This document shows positions 12,715-22,439 of a stretch of 64,000 bases of DNA, in pieces. Positions within the stretch are counted from its first letter, which is position 1. Every line of letters begins with the position of its first letter. The DNA lies in contig JANJGN010000071.1 of the NCBI GenBank assembly GCA_026770705.1, positions 1,054,001 to 1,118,000 on the forward strand, given 5' to 3'. The DNA is from Isurus oxyrinchus. Lineage: Eukaryota. The position numbers and the translations under genes were made by a program. The notes below the pieces were generated by a model, which saw only the letters and a program-made list of their open reading frames with translations, was not told the origin of the DNA and did not search any database.

Positions 12715-14340
12715 CAGCCCAACCTTCTCATCCTGACCTTCCCAGTGGGGCTGAAGAGGGCAGAGAGGAAACCTTCCTCTGTTATTCTGTTGTCGAATAA
12801 ACACAACAATTCTGGAACTCTGCCCTTTCTATCTCACGGATTAGAATATAAGGGGGCAGAGGTCATGCTTCAGTCTACATAAAGCCCTGGCTAGACCACA
12901 CCTGGAGTCACTGTGAGACATTCTGGGCCCCACACCTTAGGAAGGATATATTGACCTCGGAGGGAGAGCAGTGTCAGTTTACCAGAATGAGACCGGGACT
13001 CCAAGGGTTAAATCACAAGGAGAGATTAAACACAAACTCGGCTTGTATTCCCTGGAAGTTAGAATGTTAAGCAGGAGATTTGATGAAAGTTCGCATGATA
13101 ATAAGGGGAACAGATCGGGGGCGATAAAGAGAAACCATTTCCCCTGGTTGGGGGGAGTCTGGGACTCAGGGTCAGAGCCTAAAAAGGAATTAAATTAGGA
13201 AGTACAAAGGGTGGGAGAAATTTGGAACTCTCTTCCCCAAACAGGAACTGATGCACGATCAAGTTGTTCATTTTAAACCTGTGAGACTGATAGATTTTTG
13301 TTATCCAAAGGTATTAAAGGAGATGGGACAAAGCCATATGGGGCTAGTTTGCAGATCAGCCATGATCTCATTGAATGGTGGAGCAGGCTCGAGGGGCCAA
13401 ATGGCCTCCTCCTACCCTCATGTAATAGAAACTTACCTGTCAGAAGCCAGTTTATGTTGATGTGAGTCTGAGTCGATGACTGAACCCAGTTGGTAACTTG
13501 TTCCATACAAAGCAAGAACGTTCATGCCCTTCAATGTTCCTGGATAAACCATGAACAAAGCTGGTGACAGACAGTCTCCACATGGTAAACAGTTAACCCC
13601 TAAACCTCAGCGTAAATCAGTTCCCCCTCGAGGCCCCTTGTCCAAAATAAAAGCAACGCACACAATTTGTAAAATAGTAAGTGTAGCAATGAGAGGAGTA
13701 AGGGGTTAGGGGGCATGCGGTTCACCTGATTTGCCGACATAAGAACCAGCCCCTCTGTTTTTGCTACGTTGTGTTGCGTCAATATGAACACATATCTGCA
13801 CAAGGTGAAGGGCGTTGCGGAGGGACTGATAGTTCTCGGTGCCAGACAGTCAATGTCCCAGTGACCTTACTGCTGGTCCCAGGCCAGTGGGACAGGGAAC
13901 ATCGACACTGCAATATCCAGAAATGGGTGTGATACCACACAGCAACCCGCCCCCGGCTGTCCCCTTCAAGTGTTTCAGGTATAAGAGCAGGAAGCTCCTC
14001 TAGTTACAAACCAAAGCATCAAAGCAGAGCCAGAAGATCAGAAGAGACAGGCAGAGATGGGAAGCTCCCAGATGAAATGGCGACTTGTCTTGTTCACTCT
14101 GACTTTGCTGCTCTCCCTGCAGCTGAGTCACTTCTTCTCCTTGTCGAGGGTAAGCTAAGAGATGTCCCTCTGGGTGAGGTGTTTCTTGCACATGACTCTA
14201 CGTCTACCACCCAGATAGACTGGTCTCTTCCGCAGTTTGATATTATTATGTTCGTGCCTTTAATATTGTCGCCCTCTATGAATTTAACATCATTTCCTTC
14301 TGTCGTTTCCCCTGAAATTCTCATTCTTGTTTTCAATCCC
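12715..14340 (-). pseudogene. Possible degenerate NLR (NACHT-LRR) gene remnant
   Basis: 28-aa RI-type LRR-like LFDNRITEEGFLSALFSPTGKVRMRRLG (~12718-12801); LRR-like LGVNCL...LKGMNVLALYG ending at a minus-strand gtaagt donor near 13436; weak NACHT-like patches. Confidence 0.35.
12825..13418 (+). mobile_element. CR1 LINE 3' fragment with 3' tail
   Basis: GLEYKGAEVMLQ / KALARPHLE motifs; tail gatcagccatgatctcattgaatggtggagcaggctcgaggggccaaatggcct. Confidence 0.85.
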
Positions 14341-14349
14341 TCCTCAGCC

Positions 14350-15205
14350 ACTCCCTATCTCTGTAACCTCCACCAGGCCTTACAACCCTCCCTATCTCTG
14401 TAACCTCCTCCAGGCCCTACACCCCTCCCTATCTCTGTAACCTCCTCCAGCCGCTGCAACCCTCCCTATATCTGTAACCTCCTCCAGCCCCTACAACAAT
14501 CCCTATCTCTGTAACTTCCTCCAGCCCCTACAACTGTCCCTATCTCCGTAACCTCCTCCAGCCCCTACAACCCTCCCTATCTCTGTAACCTCCTCCAGCC
14601 CCTATAAACCTCCCTATCTCTGTAACCTCCTCCAGCCCCTACAACCCTACCTATCTCTGTAACCTCCCCCAGGCCCCACAACCCTCATGATCACTGTAAC
14701 CTCCTCTAGACCCTACAACCCTCCCTATCTCTGTAACCTGCTCCAGACCCTACAACCCTCCCTATCTCTGTAACCTCCTCCAGGCCCTACAACCCTCCCT
14801 ATCTCTGTAACCTCCTCCAGGCCCCACGACCCTCAGAATCACTGTAACCTCCTCCAGCCCCTACAATGCTCATGAACTCTATAACGTCCTCTCCACACTA
14901 TAACTCTCCCTATCTCTGTAACCTACTATGGCCCCTACAACAGTATCTATTTTGGTAACCTCCTCCAGCCTCTACAACCCTCCCTACCTCTGTAACCTCC
15001 TCCAGCCCCCACAACCCCCCCCATCTCTTTAACCTCCTACAGCCCCTACTCACCTCCCTATCTCTGTAACCTCCTACAGCCCCTACAACCTTCCCTATCT
15101 CTGTCACCTCCTACAGCCTCTAGAACCCTCCCTATCTCTGTTACCTCCTACAGCCTCTACAACCCTCCCTATCTCTGTAACCTCCTCCAGCCGGAACAAC
15201 CCTAC
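14350..15205 (-). repeat. ~38-bp minisatellite, inverted relative to 11120-11735
   Basis: Unit ctccctatctctgtaacctcctccagcccctacaacc. Confidence 0.9.
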
Positions 15206-15264
15206 CTAAATCTCTGGTCTGAGTCTCACTCCAGGGAATTCAGTCCCATAACGTCGGTCAACAC

Positions 15265-15860
15265 TCCGTGCTGAGGGAGTGCTGGACTGTCAGAGGGTCA
15301 GTAGTGTGGAAGTGTTGCACTATTGGAGGGACAGTACTGAGTGAGTGCTATACTGTCGGAGGTCAGTACTGAGGAAGTGCTGCATTGTTACAGGGTCAGT
15401 ACTGTGGAAGTGTTGCACTGTCGGAGGGTCAGTACTGAGGTAGCGCTGCACTGACGGAGGGACAATACTGTGGGAGTGCAGCACTATCGAAGTGTTAGTA
15501 CTGAGGGAGTGCTGCAGTGTCAAAGGGTTAGTACTGAGGGAGCACAACAATGTTGAATGAGACATTAAACTGAGTCCCCCGTCTGCCCTCTCGGGCGGGT
15601 GTGAAAGATCCCACAGCCACTATTTGGAGGAAGAGCAGGGGGTGTTCTCCCCGGTGTCCTGGGACCAATATTTATCCCTCACCCAACATCACCAAAAACA
15701 GATGATCTAGGCCATGATCACATTGCTATTTGTGGGATCTTGCTGTGCACAAATCAGCTGCCACATTTCCTACAGTGTGAGTGCACTTCAAAAACATCCT
15801 TCAGTGGCTGTGAAATGCTTTGGGATGTGGTGAAAGGCGTTAGAGAAATGCAAGTCTGTC
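15265..15860 (+). mobile_element. DeuSINE/SacSINE1-like SINE with internal 33-bp tandem expansion
   Basis: 33-bp units followed by gagacattaaactgag...gtctgccctctc...gaagagcagggg...tgaaaggcgttagagaaatgcaagt. Confidence 0.75.
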
Positions 15861-15956
15861 CTCCTCCCTCTCTCTCTCCTGTACCTCTCTCTCTCTCTCT
15901 CCCTCTCCCTCAATCCTCCTCTCACTTTCTCCCTGATAAATTCTTTCTTTTTGCAG

Positions 15957-16013
15957 GTTGACACTGCTTTAGGTTCTTCGACGATTGAGAAATCTGTGGA
16001 TTCCCCGGACACG
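15957..16013 (+). pseudogene. Orphan cytoplasmic exon (VDTALGSSTIEKSVDSPDT), phase 0-0
   Basis: Strong acceptor ttctttctttttgcag and donor ACG|gtaggt; 57 nt open; frame-compatible with the terminal exon at 18111. Confidence 0.55.
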
Positions 16014-16749
16014 GTAGGTGGAAATTCATTCCTTATTTTAAGGTTTCTCCCTGCTCGTTTCTTCCACAGAAAGTTTTCTGATTTCAAGCTGATTTCAGTG
16101 GCAGTCTGTCTCGGTTATACTCAGGAGGCATGTTTGAAATCGAGCCCCACCCCCCAACTTTTTTTGCAAAACTGGGAAGAGGCAATTCCAAGGAAGTGAA
16201 CATATCCCCACAGGAATTTTAAATGTAACCCACGCCGGGAATAGTGAGAGGGAGACTGATCCAGCCTGGGAGTGGGTTAAAGAGAGGCTGGGAGTCGAGA
16301 GTCGGAGAGAGGGATGGAATGGGGGAGGGAGGGATTGGAAGAGAGAGACAGAGAGTGGGACGGGGAGGGGTGAAAGGGAAAGAACATAGGTGGGAGAGAG
16401 TGACAGAGGGAGAAATTAAAGAGATGCAGAGTGAGGGAAAGTGAAAAGAGAAGAGAGATTGTCCAAGAGAGAGAAATTAACAGGAAAGGGAGAGTTACAG
16501 AGTGAGCGAAAGGTACAAAAATAGTGTGAGAGAGAGGGAGAGATACAGAGTGGGAGAAGGAGACAGGGGAGAGAGAGGGAGAGAGACAGGAAAAGGGAGA
16601 GAGGAGAGAAAGATTGGGAGAGAGGGCAATTGAGAGGAAGAGTAGGAGAGAGAGAGACAGGGAGAGGAGGAGTGGATGAGAGGAAGAGAGAGAGAGATAT
16701 GGAGCAGGAGAACACCTCCTCCGGTCCCGATGTTCCTCCAAAATCTCTG

Positions 16750-17045
16750 ACATTACTGCATCTCCCGGGTCCCCCTGATTCCCAACGCTCCACCATTGGT
16801 GGCCGTGCCTTCAGCTGCCTGGGGCCCTGAGCTCCGGAATACCCTCCCTTAACCTCTCTGCCTCTCTCTCTCTCTCTCCTTTAAGACGCTCCTTAAAAAC
16901 TGACATCTTTGACCAAGCTTTTGGTCACCTAACCCTAATATCTCCATATGTGACTCAGTGTTAGACTTCTCTCTGATTTACGCTCCGGTAATGTGGGCTG
17001 GGACATTTTGCAATATCAGAGGCGCTGTGTAAATGCAAGTTGTGA
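16750..17045 (+). mobile_element. L2 LINE 3' fragment
   Basis: GGRAFSCLGP motif followed by tttaagacgctccttaaaa...gaccaagcttttggtcacct. Confidence 0.7.
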
Positions 17046-17198
17046 GTGTTATGTGGAAGGGAGACCCCAGGCGGCAGTCAGTGCCAGAGACTGGAGTCAT
17101 TGTGTGCAGACCGTATCTAATCTCTCCGAATGCACAATCGGTTTGACTGTCAGCCAAAGCACTTTTGATATTTGATCCTTCTAACTGTTTATAACCAG

Positions 17199-17219
17199 GC
17201 CTACATCAAACACCGAGAG
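17199..17219 (+). pseudogene. Putative 21-nt cytoplasmic micro-exon (AYIKHRE)
   Basis: Branch point ctaac at 17181, acceptor ccag at 17198, donor GAG|gttggt; phase 0-0. Confidence 0.4.
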
Positions 17220-17544
17220 GTTGGTTAATCAACAGACACCTTAGAGGATCAAGTGAAAGACAAAGAGGACTTGCATTTCTCTAGCGCCTTCCAACACATC
17301 AGGACGTCCCAAAGTGTTTCGCAGACAATCAAGTGCTTTTTTTCTTTCATGTGAGGTCACTGATGTACTGTGGGAAAAGAATCAGCCATTGGCGCACAGT
17401 AAGATCCCACAGACAGCAGCATGATAATGACCAGCGCGCTCCCAGTACTTGCACTGCAAGTGTCAGTTCAGGATGTGTGCTCGATTCTCTGCAACTCTCA
17501 GCTCTGAGTTAAAAGGACCACCAGGCATAATTGAGAAATTACCG

Positions 17545-17965
17545 AGCTGTCGGAGGGTCAGTACCGGCGGGGGGGCAGGACAGTCGGAGGGTCAGTACTG
17601 AGGGGGTGCTGCATTGTCAGACGGTCAGTCTTGGAGTGCTGCACTGTCAGAGGGTCAGTACCGGCGGGGGACTGCACAGTCGGAGGGTCAGTACTGAGGG
17701 GGTGCTGCATTGTCAGACGGTCAGTACTGAGGGAGTGCTGCACTGTCAGAGGGTCAGGGCTAAGGGAGTGCTGCACTGATGGAGGGTCAGTACTGAGTGA
17801 GTGCTGCACTGTCAGAGGGTCAGTGCTAAGGGAGTGCTGCACTGTTGGAGGGTCAGTGCTAAGGAAGTGCTGCACTGTACAGAGGGAGTGTGAGACTGAC
17901 AGAGGGTCACTATTGAGGATGTGCTGCACAGTCGGGGGGGTCAGTACTGAGGGAGCACTGCACTG
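17545..17965 (+). repeat. 33-bp SINE-derived minisatellite
   Basis: Tandem cagtactgagggagtgctgcactgtcagagggt. Confidence 0.85.
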
Positions 17966-18110
17966 CCATAGGTGGTTTCTTTCAGATGACATGAGAGAGA
18001 GGGTTAAACCCACTGAGACAAGACTGACACTAATGAGGCTGCTCAATAATTTAACCCTATCAGTGCCAGTAAATAATGTGAGGATGTCTTCTGTTTCCAT
18101 TTCTCTGTAG

Positions 18111-18359
18111 GGTAAACAGAACGTGCTGATTACTGAGCCCCGGAACACAACCAGAGACACAACTAGTGAGGGGGAGACCCCAGCTCCCCGGGGTCTCTCT
18201 GAAGGTGCATTGGGAGGCGATGCTGGACATTGGCACATCGACAATCCCAACGGCCTTCTCTACGCCAATCCCCAAGTATTGAGGATGTCCAGTGATGATG
18301 GGTCTGTCCACAGGGAAGAGGAGACGGAATACGCACAGATCAGGTTCGAGCATAACTGA
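18111..18359 (+). pseudogene. Orphan Siglec terminal cytoplasmic exon, copy 1 (LLYANP; TEYAQI)
   Basis: Acceptor ctctgtag; paralogue of 45563-45811; AATAAA at 18891; no TM exon upstream in the window. Confidence 0.8.
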
Positions 18360-18556
18360 ATGAGAAATGGGGAGTGGGAGTGAGGAGGTGTGAGGGTGGG
18401 GGTAGTGATTGAGATTCCTGGGAACAAGAAACAACCCACTGGGGGAGAGGGGGAGAGAGGGAGGAAGGGATGCGATTGGGCTGCGGTTGCTGTGGTTTGG
18501 AATGAAATGCTTCTCCAGAGAGGACTGGATGCTGAGCCACTGGGGATAGAGATTCA

Positions 18557-18595
<39 letters not shown>

Positions 18596-18934
18596 TCTTT
18601 GTCTTTCTTTCTGTGTCTGTCACTCATTCTCTATCTCCAGCTCCTCCTTTAAGATGCCCGTTAATAACTGACTTTGTTGACTCAGCTGTTGGTCTCCTGT
18701 CCCTTATATCTCCTCATGTGCCTCAGAGTCAGGTGAAGATGTGACTAACAATTCCCGGATGAGCCTTGGGACATTTTGCTACATTAAAGGTCCTATATAA
18801 ATGCAAGTAGTTGCAGTAAGTCTGATCTGCTTCGATTAACAATGGAACCACAAAGGCTCCTTCGACAGGGCGTGTGTGCAGGAGGATCCCAATAAATACA
18901 TTGAGCTGTGAGATTTTTAATTCTTACATCGAAT

Positions 18935-19385
18935 GTGGCTGTCACTGGTGATGCCAGCATTAATGCCCATCCCTAATTGCCCTTGAGAAGGTGGTGGTGA
19001 TCAGCCTTCTTGACCCGCTGCAGTCCATGTGGTGTAGGTACACCCACAGTGCTGTTAGGGAGGGAGTTCCAGGATTTTGACCCAGTGACAGTGAAGGAAC
19101 GATGATATATTTCCAAGTCAGGATGGTGAGTGGCTTGGAGGGGAACTTCCAGGTGGTGGTGTTCCCATGTGTCTGCTGCCCTTGTCCTTCTAGATGGTAG
19201 AGGTCGTGGGTTTGGAAGGTGCTGTTGAAGGAGCCTTGCTGAGTTGCTGCAGTGCATCTTGTAGATGGTACACACACTGCTTCCACTGTGTGTTCGTTGT
19301 GGAGGGAGTGAATGTTTAATGTGGGGGATGGGGTGTTGATCAATCGGGCTGCTTTGTCCTGGATGGTGTCAAGCTTCTTGATTCT
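18935..19385 (-). mobile_element. CR1-like LINE 3' end
   Basis: CTIYKMHCSNSARLLQQHLPNPRP...GSKSWNSLPNSTVGVPTPHGLQRVKKADHHHLLKGN; same family as 46995-48070. Confidence 0.8.
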
Positions 19386-19514
19386 GTGCTTTGTATAGAA
19401 CTGATTTAAAGAGACAGTCCCAGTCGTTGGTCTAAGATTACAGTGGGCTCTGTGTCTGTGCTACACTGACTCTCTGCTATATGATAACCACAGTGTGATA
19501 TTTTGTTATTACAG

Positions 19515-19596
19515 GAGAAAGACAGCGATGGAGGAGAGAGTTTCAGGGACCAGTGACATTGCATTGACCCCCAGTCCACTCTCTGTGAAGCACCAG
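19515..19596 (+). pseudogene. Orphan Siglec juxtamembrane cytoplasmic exon (RKTAMEERVSGTSDIALTPSPLSVKHQ)
   Basis: Paralogue of 44193-44274 with the same splice sites. Confidence 0.8.
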
Positions 19597-19731
19597 GTAC
19601 AGGAGCTGTTTACACTCACTCCAAAGCTTCAATCTCAGTGTGTAGACAACACATGTCCCAGATTCCCAGCCCAGTTACCCACTGATTTGTACCTGTGGAG
19701 TCAGCAATGGTTCAGTATCATGCTGTCTCTC

Positions 19732-20489
19732 TGTTATGACACAGCAACTGGTAAAGGCTGTTGTTTAAAATCCCAGAGGGAAACTTTAAACAACTGTCAT
19801 AACCTATATTTCCCAGTGGAATGTTTGAGATGCAGCTCTAAATTCAGGAATAAGACCATCAGTTCTTGAGATGGGTTTATATCAAACTACATGAGACATT
19901 TATTAATTTTCACAAGTTAATCATATGCACATGGCTACAAACTAGTATTATCATAACTATTTAACAAATTCCCAAACTAACGTCCTCTAAGACAACCCAT
20001 AGACTTTAAGCAGATTCCAAGCGAAGCATTTTCACCTCAGAAATTCCAAATGAGGTTCCTTTTACTTTGGTTCCTTTGCAGACAGGTGTAGGCTTACAGC
20101 TGCTTTGATGTTACAAGCCTCTGCTCTGCACACACAAAACTGCTCAAGTTATACCCAGTGCTTCTCTTTGAATGTAAATTCTCATTGTATCATCAGGACC
20201 TTTGATCTCCATCTCTTCTAACTATAAATCCCGTTTCATAGTATCAATTTTATTAGTAATATAAACATTGATTGGTTTAAGAATTCACTCCCAGGCTTTG
20301 AATCCTCCTTTTAAAAATGCAATATGCCTCTTTACCTCTTTGTTTACATCTCAAAACTACTATACATAAAAGTACCCAGACCGGCTGTCTTTAATCCAAT
20401 TAAAACACACACACACACACCCACAGACTAAACCTCTGTTTAAAAAGACAATTTCCAATTACAATACATACATTAATAGATTCATAACG
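19732..20489 (-). mobile_element. Solo LTR-like insertion
   Basis: Termini TGTTATGA...TCATAAC; absent from the paralogous intron at ~44410; same family at 24105-24931 and, in the opposite orientation, 46102-46994. Confidence 0.65.
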
Positions 20490-20614
20490 CTCAGTCTCTG
20501 ACCCTTCATCTCTCTCTCTCTCTCTCATCCTCTCTCTGATTACAAGATTCATGTTATTGAGCCTCACACCAGGCACCTGAGTGCAGAATCCAAGCCGACA
20601 CTGGCCAGAGCCAT

Positions 20615-20900
20615 TACCGAGGGAGTGCAAGACTGACAGAGGGTCAGTACTGAGGGAGTGCTGCACTGTCAGAGGGTCAGTACTGAGGGAGTGCTGCACT
20701 GTCAGAGGGTCAGTACTGAGGAAGACCTGTACTGTCGGAGGGTCAGTACTGAGGGAGTGCTGCACTGCTGGAGGGTCAGTACTGAGGGAGCGCTGCACTG
20801 TCGGAGGGTCAGTACTGAGGGAGTGCTGCACTGTTGGATGGTCAGCATTGAGGAAGTGCTGCACTATCGAAGGGTCAGTACTGAGGGAGCACTGCACTGC
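20615..20900 (+). repeat. 33-bp SINE-derived minisatellite
   Basis: Tandem units as above. Confidence 0.85.
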
Positions 20901-21044
20901 CATAGGTGTTTTCTTTCATAAGACATGTGAGAGAGGGTTAAACCCACTGACCCACGACTGACACTAACGAGGCTGCAGAATATTTTAACCCTATCAGTGC
21001 CAGTAAATGATGTGAGGATGCCTTCTGTTTCCATTTCTCTGTAG

Positions 21045-21293
21045 GGTAAACAGAACGTGCTGATTACTGAGCCCCGGAACACAACCAGAGACACAACTAG
21101 CGAGGGGGAGACCCCAGCTCCCTGGGGTGTCTCTGAATGTGCAGTGGGAGGCGATGCTGGACATGGGAACCCTGACAATCCCGACGAGCTTCTCTACGCC
21201 AATCCCCAAGTCTTCAGGGTGCCCAGTGGTGATGGGTCTGTCCACAGGGAAGAGCAGACGGAATACGCACAGATCAGATTCAAGAGAAACTGA
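21045..21293 (+). pseudogene. Orphan Siglec terminal cytoplasmic exon, copy 2 (LLYANP; TEYAQI)
   Basis: Acceptor ctctgtag; GKQNVLITEP...TEYAQIRFKRN*; AATAAA at 21901. Confidence 0.8.
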
Positions 21294-22439
21294 GCGTGAA
21301 AAAGGCAGAGGTGGTCAGGAGGTTTGTGGATGGTGGCAGGGATGAAGATTCTTGGGAACATGAGACAACCCACTGGGGGAGAGGGGGAGAGAGGGAGGAA
21401 GGGACTGAATGGGTCTGTGGTTGGTGTGGTTTGGAATGAAATGTTTCCCCAGTGACGACTTGATGCTGAGTCATTGGGGACAGAGATTCAGTNNNNNNNN
21501 NNNNNNNNNNNNNNNNNNNNNNNNNNNNNNNNNNNNNNNNNNNNNNNNNNNNNNNNNNNNNNNNNNNNNNNNNNNNNNNNNNNNNNNNNNNNNNNNNNNN
21601 NNNNNNNNNNNNNNNNNNNNNNNNNNNNNNNNNNNNNNNNNNNNNNNNNNNNNNNNNNNNNNNNNNNNNNNNATTAACTGGCTTTGTGAAATCAGCTTTT
21701 TGTCACCTGTCCCTAATACCTCATTATGTGTCTCTGAGATGGATTTATATGTAGGTAACAATCCCCTGAAGAGATTTGGGACAGTTTGTTACATTAAGTG
21801 TGCCATATAAATGCAAGTTGTTGCAGGAAAGTTGATTTGCCTCGATTCAGAATGGTAATTCGGAGGGTCCATCGACAGGGCGTGTGTGCAACAGCCTCGC
21901 AATAAATGCATTGCACGGCAACAACTAAGCATGTCCTTTGATGCTGATGCATCCCAGTACTGCTGTGTGGACACATCACAACCGAGGGACTGCCTGACTG
22001 CGTGCAGCCAACATGGCCGAATAGTAATTAGCAGAAATGTGATGTCACTGAACTTTGTTGACATTTCAGAAAGTGCTTTCTGAATTCTGCAACTTGTTTA
22101 TTCTGTGATAGATTACAAGAAGCCTTTGCATTTTCTATAATATTACATTTATTGTCACAAGGGATTGAAATGCCCAGACACCACCAACTGGAAGTTCGCC
22201 TCCAAGACACACATCATCCTGATTTTGAAATATATCGCCATTCCTTCAGTGCCACTAGGGTCAAAATCTTGGACTTCCTTCTCTAACTGCATTGTGGGTG
22301 TACCTACACCACATGGACTGCAGAGGTTCAGGAAGGCAGCTCACCACCACCTTCTCAAGGTAATTAGGGATGGGCCATAAATGCTGGCCTAGCCAGTGAT
22401 GCCCACTTCCCATGGAAGAATGAATATATAAAATATAAA

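Noticed and set aside
13725-13755. P-loop-like AGSYVGKS on the minus strand
   Set aside because: No preceding hydrophobic beta strand and wrong order relative to the other NLR-like patches, so not counted as evidence.
357-21672. ORFs spanning N runs
   Set aside because: Artefacts of assembly gaps or masking.
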